Assembly (NCBI RefSeq): GCF_006345805.1
Contig: NC_043003.1
Location: forward strand, 116,064,001-116,128,000
DNA: 64,000 nt
Direction: 5' to 3'
DNA from: Octopus sinensis
Lineage: Eukaryota
Shown: piece after piece, positions 1 to 13,321 of the stretch
How positions within the stretch are numbered: position 1 is the first letter of the stretch
Layout: each line of letters begins with the position of its first letter
Translations under genes and position numbers: made by a program
Notes under the pieces: generated by a model
Seen by the model: the letters and a program-made list of their open reading frames with translations, nothing else
What the model was told of the DNA's origin: nothing
Databases searched by the model: none

Positions 1-150
<150 letters not shown>

Positions 151-512
151 AAACTGTCTAAAACTAGCAATGACTCTCTATCCTTCCCTTTTCCTCTCTG
201 TGCTTATATAAATGCATACACACACACACACACACACATATGTATTCTGACGCTTGCACACGCACATATCTTCCTACCTGCATTTATTTATATTCTTGGT
301 GTAACCACTTCCTCTCAATACACTATATGTCAATATGGCGACTGGCAACCCTTCCAGAGTATCCATTTCTTATATTGGATCACTTATTCATCTTTCAATC
401 GCTTTCTTACATACATCTTACAATTTTTTTTTCTCTTCTCGTTTGTCTCTACCACTCTCCTTTTAGCGTGCATTCTGTTGTTTCGATAACCATATACAAT
501 GAGCGACATATC

Positions 513-569
<57 letters not shown>

Positions 570-1571
570 CTGGCACACGCACACACGCAATCTTATTCGT
601 ACACAATTCACTACAGCTTCAATCCTCCATCTGCTTTTCTCAAAACTCTGTTCTTTTCTGTTCCCACGCCTTAATCTACATCTGACTCGAAGGTTCATTA
701 TTGTTTTGTTTCTCTGCTATATTTCATTCTTATTTCTCTGCTACTTCAACCAACCTCTCCCCCATTTCCTGTTGAGGCAGGATCATCGTCTTCAGCCACT
801 CGGTATCAAACTCTCTGTTCTCTCATTCCTTGTAATCTTCCCTAATCTTTCTTTCCATTTCTTTTAATTCCGCTCTGGCACTCACTCTTTCATCGTTAAT
901 CCAATTCTTCACTTAGATTTTAACTCGATATGCCTGTATCGACGTTAACTTGACTGACAGGAGGCTACGAATATCTCTTCAAAAGTCTGAGAAACAAAGA
1001 AGTATCGCTTAAACAAATAAACACATCCGCATTAGCCAACACAAACAGTATTTGCCGACCCTTTGCTGTATCTGTTCTTTCTTTACAGATGTCGATACAA
1101 GCAACTATCTTTTGTTCGCCAATCTGATCTTGCTATGCTTCTGAAACTGCCAGCTTCTGTCCATCGATACATCTTTCTCTCTATCTATTTTGTCAGCCAA
1201 CGTGTTACACACACACCCTTAAACATACGAGCGTGAAGACTTATCTCTCTCACTCCTCTCTCTCTCTCTCTGTCTTTCTGTCTCTCTGTCTCTCTGACAT
1301 TCTCTTTCTCTCTCTCTCTTTCTCCCTCTTTCATGCACACACTTTCGGACATTTTCAGTATACGCGAATGAATTTGCATTAAATTTAAATCACCATATAC
1401 GTATGACATTGTACATACATGCATACACAAAAACACACACATATGTACATATATGTGTGTGTAGGGGGGGGTTCTTTGTGTGTGGGGGATTGTGTGAGAG
1501 GAATATTTGCACATGTTCTTAACATGGCCAGGCACATTCCGACGCAAATGATGATTGGTGCTGTTGGATAG

Positions 1572-1677
1572 GCCAGAGGAGAAGAACTTCTCTTTAACGA
1601 TGATAGCGCGTTTAACGCTCTCATTTCATGGGATCACGACTTTCTGAGGCACCACTCTTTCGACGTGTGTCTCGTCA
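1572..1677 (+). CDS. Candidate internal host exon (ARGEELLFNDDSAFNALISWDHDFLRHHSFDVCLV), product unknown
   Basis: TAG acceptor at 1569-1571, GTAAGT donor at 1678, 35 open codons, more GC-rich than flanks; no recognisable family. Confidence 0.3.
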
Positions 1678-1756
1678 GTAAGTTCGCCAATCAGTGCTCA
1701 CAGCGACCGTGTTACGAACAACTATGTAAACATTCGTTCCAGTTGTCGGCGTAAAC

Positions 1757-1831
1757 CAGTGGTTCCCAACCTCGGATCCACACACACCTGTCTGCTAAGT
1801 TAGTGCTTGGGGACCGACAACTAAATTCAAA

Positions 1832-1870
<39 letters not shown>

Positions 1871-1905
1871 ACACACACACCTATATATATAATATATATA
1901 TATAT

Positions 1906-1940
<35 letters not shown>

Positions 1941-2020
1941 GCAGCATATAAAAAGGGGTCCGTGGGAAAACTCATTTAGATACAAGTGATGGGAACCCGT
2001 GAGAAGGTTAGAAATCACTG
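1757..2020. mobile_element. hAT/Charlie-like MITE with internal (CA)n/(TA)n
   Basis: Imperfect 16-bp TIRs CAGTGGTTCCCAACCT ... AGGTTAGAAATCACTG; CAGTG start is typical of hAT-Charlie MITEs; no clear TSD. Confidence 0.5.
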
Positions 2021-2077
2021 CTGTGGATAGTGCAAAATACGGCTATAGAGATAGATAGATAGACAGATAGATAGATA

Positions 2078-2992
2078 ACTTTTTTATTGGGCACACAGGG
2101 CTGAACACAGAGGGGACAAATACAAATATAAAGTTTTTCTTTTCGAAAATGAAAAAAAGTAAAAGGGGATAAATGAGAAATAAGAAAGTAAAATTGCGAT
2201 CAAAATGGACTGGGAAGAAAAAGAAAGAAAGGCGATCAAAAGGGATTGTGTATTACAGAAGAATTTTTAAAATATAAAGCAAGATTAAGTTCATCCGTGG
2301 AAAGAAAAGCCTGCGAAAAAGACCACGGTAACCTCAGGCAAGGAGGGAATAAACACATGAGAGCAAAGTGCTCTATCTTTTCGATTTACAGGATCATGCT
2401 CAAAGTGGTTTCGTCACTCGCACGTACCATCTTTCATACATTCACTCACATTTTTTTGAAACTTGCACGTGACAAAACTTGCCTCTCCATTCTCACCTTC
2501 CTTTCCAAGTGGTACTTGAAAAAGTTGACGAGCGATTGGCCAGAGAGGTAAGTATTTGTTTATAGTCCACCACGCACATTCTTTCACTAAAGCCACCAGT
2601 ACGATGAGGTCCGCCTTGCCTTCCCGGTTGAGGGAAGATGGCGGAGCAGTTGGCACGATAGACTCGGCCAACAGGCGGACTCGTCCCACACGTGACAGCA
2701 GCCTGAATTGGTTGGACACGTACACGAGTCAGTCCAGCGTATCTCGAACAGTGCCTGTAGAGCTTATCCCGAACAGGTAATGCTTCTCGATAGCACTGCC
2801 AGTTCAGGGATCTTTGGTGATTGTCCATAGGTCCCGGCCCGAAAGTTGTCCTGAACAGGCGGGTCAGGTGTTCCTCGTCGACGCGCAGATTCTGCCCGAG
2901 AACGACGTCGCACCTCCCCTCCACTAATTCACTACAGAACGCTTTTTGTTGTAATGAAGTCCGCAAGTTTGGTCGCACAAGTTTGGCAAACA
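2078..2992 (-). mobile_element. 5'-truncated Tx1/L1-like retrotransposon, divergent subfamily of the 5226-11326 element
   Basis: Translation LRVDEEHLTRLFRTTFGPGPMDNHQRSLNWQCYREALPVRDKLYRH matches the ORF2 C-terminus at 10314-10754; 3' end CCCTGTGTGCCCAATAAAAAAGT fused to (TATC)n at 2050-2077. Confidence 0.85.
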
Positions 2993-3991
2993 TGCTAATT
3001 ATATATTAATAAAATTATAATCTAAGCAGATTTTTTTGATAAGTAGTGAATAAACCATTATAGTTTTACATAAGCTAAGTATGAATTTATAGGGGTACAA
3101 AAATTAGAATAAATTTATAAATAAATAAAGACTAATTATAAAATAATAAAGAAATAAAATCAAATAATCAAGCAGAACACCATAGAAAAGGAAGAAAATA
3201 GCTTAATTACAAATACTATGGGAAGGTATATGTAGCTTATCAACACCAATAGAGAAGATTTATCGAAAAAGTATAATTCAAAATCTATTAGACTAAAAAT
3301 TATATATTTACTTATTTAGCTAAATAAATATATAATGTCAGAAACGTGTAAAACAGTAAGAGAGAAATACCTCTATCTGGCAGAATGTTGCTAAACTCTC
3401 TAAGTCTAAATCTCTTTGCATACTTTACTGTGATGCTAATACAAGAATATCTCAGAACACGACAGGCATCGTCGATTTTGTGACTCTCATTGTCGGCGGG
3501 AATGCTAGGACTTTGTTGAGGCTTTTTAATACAGTGCATTTATTAGACAATTGCTTAGATTAAATTTCTGCTTCAACGCGTAAGAAGAGGCTGATAAAAT
3601 TGTCTTCTCGGACTGTAGAAAAACTGAACTCGATTTACGCCATTGAAGTAGCACTGAATTAAATTTGTCATTCGTGAATCATGGTAAAGGAAAACACTGC
3701 AAGATGTCATATGCTGAGGAAATGTATGAGATAAATTTGTCTACGGAGATATTTTTTATCACAACCAGTACCACAGAACTATAGATTCTGACTGTATATT
3801 TTCAATTTCATACGACACACACATGTAAATTTTAATTCACTGCTCTTTCTTTTGTCTATACCGTGTTTTCCTAGAGTTTGGCAAGCTTCTCCAATACAAG
3901 CTAAAGTTTAATGTATTGTTTCCAAAAGTATCGAAACACGAATCTCGTCTAAGTACTTGGGTCTTAGATCGATCCAGGTAATAAGCTTGTC

Positions 3992-4440
3992 GGATCTTTT
4001 CGGTATGAACGGCAGTTTTTGACATAATTTCTAGGTAACTAAAAAATGTTAAACTTCGTATACTGGTAGAATGTATTTATAATACATCTTTTTCTCTTGG
4101 CTTTGATGAGGAAATTCTCTAGGTTGTAAGATATTTGTTGTTTTTTTTCTTCAATCTCTGCAATTTCAACCAATCAGTGACGACCATTGAGGTAAAAAAA
4201 CCCATTCTGTGCCGTATGAATATGTCCCTCGTTTAAGAAACAGATTGGGTTTATTTACATTTCTGAAGAAAAAAATGATACCCTTCTCCCCACCCCTAAC
4301 CCTAACCCTAACCCTCACCCTAACTAACACTAACCCTAAAACAGATTGAAATGCAATAGATCGATACTAGGGTCATAATTATGGGTGACAATTTCATATG
4401 ACACCGCTAGAAAAAACTGCTGTTCAAACCGTAAAGATCC
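3992..4440. mobile_element. MITE with about 29-bp TIRs, 8-bp TSD and internal (CCCTAA)n
   Basis: TIRs GGATCTTTTCGGTATGAACGGCAGTTTTT / AAAAACTGCTGTTCAAACCGTAAAGATCC; TSD AGCTTGTC at 3984-3991 and 4441-4448; second, inverted copy at 53564-53985. Confidence 0.8.
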
Positions 4441-4968
4441 AGCTTGTCTTTTTCATTCATAGTATAACAACTATGAATTGACAAACGAGGAAAACTGTTG
4501 ATGTCGTTTCTCGCCACCAGCTTAGACGAAATTCGTGCTTCGACCTCAACTGCATACACGTTGTATTTCCACAGCTCGGTGAGCTTCCGAAAAGAAGTGT
4601 TTTTATCCACTGCTTCTTATATATCGAAGCGCGAATTTCATTTAAGCAAGGGATAATCTGGAGAAGCTACAATTCTTATGTAAAAAGAAAAAAAATCCGC
4701 TGAAACACACCTTATATAAAGTGATTCTACCTGTAAGCGGAGAGGAAAATATGTAAGACTTCCTGAACAGCGAATTTACACCATTATTGTTGTTGTTGTT
4801 GTTGTTGTTGTTATCCAGACTCAATGATGGAAATATTCTTTCGTTGCTAGAAATCAGATTTCTCATTCTACAAAGAATGCTTGTAAACTAAAGTGAGAAA
4901 AAGCACATACCTATACACACAAGTGACAGTCACGTAAACACACACACACACACAGACGCACTCGCGCA

Positions 4969-5225
<257 letters not shown>

Positions 5226-5450
5226 GTACTCTCGACATGGACGGACGCTAGTCAAATGGGCTCCACGTAAGTTGGTCATTTTGTACGTTGAAAATTGTTT
5301 ATTGTGAAATATTTTGTGTTTAAAAGTTGTGCAACAACATCCACTGCAAACCTTGATTAATATCTACACAAAATTTTGCCCTTGTGGGCAAAATTTAAAA
5401 GAAAAAATTCTCATAGCCTTCGTGGTTCATTTAGCCATTTTATTTCCAAA

Positions 5451-7494
5451 ATGGCCACTGGTCACCACGAGGCTGAGGTGCAAGTCAAGCGTGACGCAGA
5501 GGCAGAAAAACAGGATGCTCTGTTACCTTACGCTGAACCTGACAACTCCGCCACCATCAACATCGACAACAGCAACAAATACAAAACAAAGGTCGCAAGG
5601 CCAACCACCGTCAACACCATCAGTGAGTCCACCACCACCACCAACACCGACAACAACACCATGGCAGAATCTGCTACTAAAACTGCTATCCCTACTAAAG
5701 ACGTCGCCACCAATAACAAAACCAACATCACCATCACCGCCACCAAAGACCGTGCCGTCAATGCTACTAATACTACTAACACCACCGCCGTCACCAAGAA
5801 CGACAATAACAACAACAACAACACAGCAACAACAACAACAACAACAACGACGACGACAACAACAATTCCCTTCAACCACTGCTCACTCCATCACCAACAA
5901 GTGAAAAAATAACGACGACAAGCAAACGAAATGCCGCGAAATTTGCGCTAATGCAGGACTAAATTACGCAGGCAATTTTCCACCCCTTGCTAGTTGCATA
6001 ATCAGCAACCACAAACCTACAACCCACACCCCTGCCATCAAAACACAACACACCGGCAGTAGTAGTAACAACAACAAACTTCGCCGAGGCGATAAAAGAA
6101 AAGGTAACAAAAGTTTCGTTTACTACACAACAGATTAAAGATTGCAGAAACCTTATTACAAATCAAAACGGAAAAATACTCTTACACATACCTCAGCACA
6201 TACTGAATGAGGAGAAAAAAAAGACAATTGTATATAAAATCACAAATAAAAAAACAAAAAGTCCAGAAAAGGCAAGCACAGACAAAGTCGAAAAGTGCTG
6301 GGGATACAAGGATTGTGTGACTTGGGCGAACAAGTTCGCACACGTACAGGTGGTTTTTCAGAATGAGAGTTGGCGAAGAAATTCTCAACGATAACCCTTC
6401 ATTCTGATGAACTAACGTTGACACCGAGTTACCTCGGCCAGAAGGTGACGAAAGTCATTATCAGTGGTGTCTCCCAAGTGACTACAACACTGTGGATTAC
6501 ATCCGCCTTAACATCCGAAATGGAGGACTTAAACATCCTAGATATCGGTGTTTCGGAAAAGAAGTACTGGCTGGGAAAGAGAATAGAGTTCCTCTTCCAC
6601 ATAAGTCAAGAGGACATAAATAAAATCCCCACCCACGTACATCTTGAGGATGGCCGCAAGTTATACGTAGTAGTCGAGGGCAGAAGGCCACGATGCTATA
6701 CATGTGACAGTGAGGCACACCTCAAAAAGGAGTGCAAATCTGCCGCAAAATTACAACAACAACAACAGCCACAGAAAAATCACAAAAGCCAGGATTATTG
6801 CCCACACACAATATGGACAGCTAGTCAAGAAGCTGTATGCGGAAATGCAGGAAAAACAACAAAGAACAAGCCAACCCAACCAAACAACACCAACACCAGC
6901 GCCAAGAACAGAATCATCACCACCAACAACAAAAAACCAATTCCAACACCAAGAATAACAACGAAGAAGACAAGCACCAAGGATGTAGGAGAGACAATAA
7001 CCACAACAAACCCCCCAGCAACACCCTCCCCGCGCACCACAACAATATCTACAACCGCACAAACACACCCAGACGCTTTACCCTTGCCCCCTGCTGATTC
7101 GTCAGACTTTTCATCTAACGATGAAAGTTCGACAGAATGGCAAATAGCCACAGGGGGTAAAAGAAAAAGATCAAGAAAAACCAAACAAGAAATCGCAACC
7201 AAAGCAGGGAGATACCTGAACCCTGAAAACTCCATACACAACAAAACAAGCACCAACACCACAAAAACAATGCTATCAGCGATAGACACAAAAGACTCCA
7301 AACTAATGGAGTACATCACAGGATACACAAACATTTGTGAAGATGACTTTAAAAATAGCAATCATCCACGCACTACACCACCCAAACACATCAAAATACT
7401 ACACATCACACAAACACAACACCACAAACTCAAAGCCCTCTTCCCAAATGCTGTAGGGGGTTTCCAGAAATATCTGTCCCAAAAACTATTATAG
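5451..7494 (+). pseudogene. Tx1-like ORF1 (gag-like, CCHC zinc knuckle), broken by about 3 frameshifts
   Basis: Thr/Asn-rich N-terminus from ATG 5451; 374-aa open piece 6370-7494 contains RPRCYTCDSEAHLKKEC (CX2CX4HX4C, 6694-6735). Confidence 0.75.
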
Positions 7495-7605
7495 AAACCT
7501 CCTCGAAGACACATCAAAGAACGAGGAAGCCAAAACTTTCGACACAAGTAAGTAACTCTCTGTACTTTCATTTGTGTGTTTTAAAGCACACACCCCAATA
7601 GAATC

Positions 7606-10600
7606 ATGGTCAAGATTGGTTGTGTGAATGCGCGTGGCTTGGGGTCTCCTTGGAAACAAGGATACCTCCTAAATGACATCAAGTCACATGATTTGGGAAT
7701 CATAGCCATAAGTGAGACCAGACTCCACGAGCCACGGGCCCTAAAGTCCATGTTTGGCGGACAGTTTAACATTTATTTCGCTCCCTGTCTGCCGAGGATG
7801 GGCGGTAGTGGCACCGCGGTACTTTTTCACAAGAGCCTGGATCTCGAAGTCAAGACGATATTCGTAGACCCGGAGGGTAGACTGATCGTTCTGGATGTTG
7901 ACGGCAGCAATGAGTGCGCTTTTCGACTCGTATCAGTCTATGCACCGCCCTTAACAGGTCGGGCGGATTTCTTTCGACGTCTAGAAGTATTCTTGGGAAC
8001 GTCTCGTCCTTTACTCTTAGTGGGGGATTGGAATGCTACCTTGGACACGCATGTAGACTACGTGGGTAGAGACAGAAACAGAAGGGGATGCAAATGCCTC
8101 AGAGACCTGCTCAGACGATTCCAACTGTCTGACAGGTACCGACTCGACCACCCAAATGCACCAACGTGGACATGGAGCAACCGCAGTGGGTCGTCGAGAT
8201 CGTATCTAGATAGGATACTGTGTAGGACAGTAGACAAGGATAACTTAGGATGTCCACAATTCCACACAGTCAGCTACACGGATCACAAATTGGTGACGTG
8301 TACGCTAGACTTAGATAAGGCACATAGACAGGGTCCTGGGTACTGGAAACTGAACGCATCATTCCCGTCGAGACAAGTTTTCAGAGACCGGATTAGCACA
8401 CTAGTAAAGAGGGCTTTGACGGGAGCCATCATCAACAACAAATGGTGGTTTGCCCTCAAGAGAGCAGTAAAAGCAGAAGCGATTAGGTACAGCAAAGCAC
8501 TAGCCATAGATAGAAATAGAGTAGAGGGTGAGCTAGTTAAGAAGCTAGAAGAGGCAATTAGAAGCGGCATCGCATCCGACGTTTTGGCGGCGAGGTTGGC
8601 CCTCGACCAACACTTCAACGCCAAACACGAAGGATGTGCTGTCAGAGCTAGGATGCGTGCTCTAAGGAACGAAGGTGTTGGAGCCGCGAGAGAGGCCCGG
8701 GTGGCAGAGGCGCAACAGGGCAACAAAGCCACCATTCGGTCACTGGTAGATGAACAGGGGCGCGAATTGCTCGAGCCAAGTAAAATGTGTGAGGAGCCTT
8801 TCAGCAGCATTTTGCCCGACTGTTCGGGACGAGTGGAGAGGGCAAGAACGTAGGGTAGACTTCAGTGCCTACCTACATAGCCTGCCACGACTCTCGACAA
8901 GAAAGGCAGTGTGCTGCGAAGGTGCCATCACGGCGGCGGAAGTGCGGGAAGCGATGGCAGAATGCTCGAGGGACAAATCACTGGGTTTGGATGGTCTACC
9001 CTACGAATTTTACTATTGTATGCCAGACTTGTTTGGAGACGTCTTGGCAGCGGTATACTGCAACTGGCAGCAAACGGCAGCATACCGGTTTTGTGAGTCG
9101 AGGAGCTGTAACTCTGCTGAAGAAAGATCCAAACAAGGGAAACATTATAGATAACTTTAGGCCAATCACTCTGCTCAATGCAGACCTGAAAATTTTGACA
9201 AAGGTGTTAGCCAAGAGGTTGGCGCTTGTCATGGAGAAACTGGTCGACAACGACAAACGTGCGCCGTGACGGCCGGAGCATCCATGACAACCTCCATCTG
9301 ATGCGCTACATCATAGACAGGGTAGTTAACGAACCTGGCATGGGTGGGGCCCTTATCAACTTGGATCAATCGAAAGCCTTTGATAGGGTAGACCATCGAT
9401 ACTTGGAGGCAGTCCTGAGAGCGGCTGGTTTCGGTCCCGTTTTCCGCGGTTGGATAGCTGCCTTGTACAGAGGCATCCGTTCGGTAATTCGCGTAAATGG
9501 ACATCTATCGAGACCCTTCGACATTGCACGTTCGGTCCGTCAGGGATGCCCCCTCTCGGCGCTTCTATACGTATCGACTCTTGAGCCACTAAGGGAAGCT
9601 GGCGACTCTGAGGGGCATCCCGCGAGAATTAGGATGCGGGACGAGCGTGTCTGCATACGCGGACGACGTCACCGTCATAGTGTCAAGCCACGAGCACATC
9701 GAGCGGGTCGGCGAGAAAATGAAGACGCGTGGACAGACGGCCCGGTTGAGTTGCTCGGGGTCTGGTTCGGTCCGACCTCCAAATGGAGAAGAGAGACTGG
9801 AACGAGATAACGAGTAGGGTGGTCACTCTCGCCCAGCAATGGCCGAGAGGAAACTGTCCCTAAAAGGTCGGGCGGAGGTGGTGAACGCGTACATCGCGTC
9901 CATCATCTACTACCGCCTGACCGTCGTACCTTGTCCCGACCCTACCATCACCAAACTAGAACGCATCCTCTTCCGCTTCTTGTGGAAAGGATGCGTCCCG
10001 ATGGTCAGGCGATCCATTTGCTGTCAACACCCGTTAAAAGGAGGGCTGGGCATGCCGTGGTTGATGATGCGCAGACACGCGCTGAGACTGCGACATCTCC
10101 GGCTCTATGTAGACGACGGTGAACAGGTGTGGTCGCCGTTTGTGAGGCACGCATTCCCGCAACTCGTCTCCATGACCGAACTACAGTCGTGGATCAAAAG
10201 AGGCCGAAGAAGGGCGAATGGCACCGCGAGTGTCGCGTTGCTCTCAAGCAACTCTGCCGTCCCGGGTCGACCTTGAGTGACTTCAACACAACAAAGCATT
10301 CTATAGGGGATTAGTGGAGGGGAGGTACGACGACGAGCTCGGGGCAAACCTGGGCGTCGACGAGGAATACCTGACCCGCCTGTTTCAAACGACTTTCGGC
10401 CCGGGACCTATGGACAACTTCCAGAGATCCCTGGCCTGGCGGTGCTACCGAGAAGCGCTACCCGTTCGGGATAAGCTCTATAGGCATGGCTCGAGAAACA
10501 CGGGGCCGACCTGCCCGAGATGCGGGCAGAGCGACGAAACCGCTCTGCACGCAATCGTGCAGTGTCCAGCAATTTCCCACCTGTGGGCTTATGTCGAACG

Positions 10601-10930
10601 ACTGCTGTCACGTGTGGGACGTGTCGGTTTATCAGCCGAGTCTATCGTTAATATCGTCACGCCTCCTTCCTTCAAACGGGAAGGAAGAGCTATTTTTATC
10701 ATACTTGTGGCTATGGCGAAAGAATGTGTCTGGTGGACGCGTCTGAAGGATTAGAGACAAACACTTTCCTCTCTGGTCAATCTCTCATCAACTTCTTCAA
10801 GTATCACTTGAAGAAAAAAGTGAGAGTAGAGAGGCAAGTTTTGTCTAGTGAATGTTTTAAAAAAAGATGGGTGAATGTAGCAAGGATGGCACGTATGAAT
10901 GACGAAGCCACCTTGACTATGATTCTATGA
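7606..10930 (+). pseudogene. Tx1/L1-like ORF2: apurinic-like endonuclease + reverse transcriptase + C-terminal zinc finger, multiple frameshifts
   Basis: APE motifs NARGL, ISET, GDWN, YLDRIL, TDH; RT motifs GLDGLPYEFY, FRPITLLNADLKIL, DQSKAFDRVDH, RQGCPLS, AYADD (about 9655-9670); CPRC..HAIVQC. Confidence 0.9.
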
Positions 10931-11326
10931 ACGTAAAAATTAATACAGAGTTGCTTATTGCAAAAAAAAAAAAAAAGGAATATAACATGTGACTTCATTG
11001 ACCGAGGTTACCGTGGTCTTTTCCGTAGGCTTTTCTTTCCACGGGTAACCTCACCTGTCCTCCCCTTTACATTTCATATTGACATTTCTGTGATAACGAT
11101 CCCTATTGATCAATTTTTTTCCTCTCCCCCTTTTTTTAACCCCCCTTTTTTTGTCCTCTTTCTCTCCTTTTACGATCCCTTTTGATCGACCCCCCCCCCT
11201 TTTTTATTTTATTTTTATTTTATTTTTTTATTTATTTATTTTTTTTTTTTTAAACCTTCAAAAGAAAAGCTCTACCTTGTAATTTGTTCTATCTGTGTGC
11301 AGCCCTGTGTGGCTAATAAAGAAACA

Positions 11327-11634
<308 letters not shown>

Positions 11635-11713
11635 ATATATATATATATATATTTATATATATAATCTATATATATATATGTGGGTGGTATGTGGTGTGTG
11701 GTGTGTGTGTGTG

Positions 11714-11745
<32 letters not shown>

Positions 11746-12102
11746 AGGATCACGATAAACTGAAGTTATATCTTATACCATTTATTCCCCACGTAATTTT
11801 CGCCGTTATGGTTTGTAGTTCCATCCGTTGTAGTGAATGTTCCAAGTGCAATTGCATACGGAAGCACAAGTGTTCGGCAGAGAAATAATTAATTTGCATT
11901 ATATTACACAGAACAACAAGAGAGCGAAAGAGAAAGAGAGGGAGGAAGACAGAGGGGAAAGAGAGTGAGAGAGAGTGAGAGAGAGAGAGAGCGTCAGAAA
12001 CAAGACGGCAATTTCACTTTTAAAATATTGTATGAACATTCCAATAAACAACATGGATAAATATAGCAGATGTTCGTCTTGTTTTTTCACTCTGCCAAGG
12101 TT

Positions 12103-12190
12103 GACTTAGCAGAACCATTCTATAACTCTACCATTCTGACCTAGCAGAACCATTCTATAACTCTACCATTCTGACCTAGCAGCACCATTC
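12103..12190. repeat. 35-bp minisatellite, about 2.5 copies
   Basis: GACCTAGCAGAACCATTCTATAACTCTACCATTCT at 12103, 12138, 12173. Confidence 0.85.
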
Positions 12191-12246
12191 ACCTCAAACA
12201 TGTAACAAATCACACATCTATTTTTGTTCAAATGCAACATTTATAT

Positions 12247-12620
12247 GCACAGGAGTGGCTGTGTGGTAAGAAGCTTACTTTCCAACCACATTGTTCCGAG
12301 TTCAGTCCCACTGCGTGGTACTTTAGGCAAGTTGCTTCTACTATAGCCTCAGGTCGACCAAAGCCATTTGCGTGCATTTGGTAGACAGAAACTGAAAGAA
12401 GCCGGTCACGTGTGTGTGTGTGTGTGTGTGTGCCCACAATATCGCTTGACAACCAATTCTGGTGTGGTTACCGTGACTTTGTGGTTCGGCAAAGTGTGAC
12501 CGATAGAGTAGGTGCTGGGCTTCCAAAGAATAAATTCTGGGGTCGATTTGCTCGATTAAAAAGGCGGTGCTCCAGCATGGCCGCCGTCAAACGATTGAAG
12601 CCCGCAAAAAATATCAAAGA
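12247..12620 (+). mobile_element. tRNA-derived SINE, family S1 (resembles octopus tRNA-derived SINEs)
   Basis: Head GGAGTGGCTGTGTGGTAAG with A/B-box-like motifs, internal (TG)n, tail CTCCAGCATGGCCG; similar copies at 21058, 30820, 39725, 46896. Confidence 0.8.
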
Positions 12621-13321
12621 ATCCTTCCGCCTACATTATTCAATGTGTTCCTCTCTTCATATGATATTTTTTTAATTGACGGTTTATTTGTTATTGCTAG
12701 ATCTTTTAATGGTCACGTATGATATTTTCCATTGCATAATCGACCTGTTGGCTTGCTTTGTATCCCGCGTAAGACTTTTTACATAGAAAATGTGGAGCAG
12801 CCGTGAGTTAATTTATGGAGAGATGAGTATAGGTTGCTGTGGATACTTTCACTAATCCAGCCTTAATATCAAAGCAGCCTTGCCGTGACAATCCTGCATT
12901 TTAATATCAAATACCATGTAACATATTCAATATATTAATATTTCGCTACACGCAATATATAAATATTTCGTGAGTTCATTAATCTTATATTTTAAAATTG
13001 ATTCAAGACCCCGAGGGATTCTTTTCTTGATCACTCAACCTGCAAGTAATAGCAGAACAATTTTCCTCAAATCACACACGATGCGATGGATATTAAACAC
13101 TTGTAGAAGAGTAGGATTAACACCGGAGGAATGTAAGGTTCACACGCATCTCGAAAATGCCGAGGCTAAAGAGAAACTACAAAAAAATTTGGAGTCCTCG
13201 TGCTAAAATTAAATATCTGTGATAATATTTAAGAATACGTTTTAAATTACGATTTACTTATTGAAATGATTGTGTTTATAAGACAAACGCATGAATATCA
13301 CAAAATCATAATTAATACTAC

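Larger units (their letters stand above)
5226..11326 (+). mobile_element. Full-length Tx1/L1-type non-LTR retrotransposon (two ORFs, frameshifted) inserted in (TATC)n
   Basis: ORF1 with CCHC knuckle, ORF2 APE-RT-zinc finger, pyrimidine-rich 3' UTR, AATAAA at 11315-11320, no poly(A); (TATC)n on both sides. Confidence 0.9.

Noticed and set aside
760-800. Minus-strand CTGAAGA...GAAA hammerhead-like match (also CTGATGC near 18955)
   Set aside because: No supporting stems I-III, or the core itself is mismatched
4294-4340. (CCCTAA)n as a telomere or fusion scar (also 53668-53700)
   Set aside because: Short, degenerate and internal to a MITE present twice
3900-4610. Minus-strand frame that stays open after removing the MITE (..YNVYAVEVEAR..KDKLITWIDLRPKYLDEIRV..)
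   Set aside because: Only a faint resemblance to an RLE C-terminal motif; too weak to call
5523-5904. Overlapping Thr/Gln/Cys/Val-rich ORFs in several frames
   Set aside because: By-products of (ACA)n-rich ORF1 sequence of the Tx1-like element
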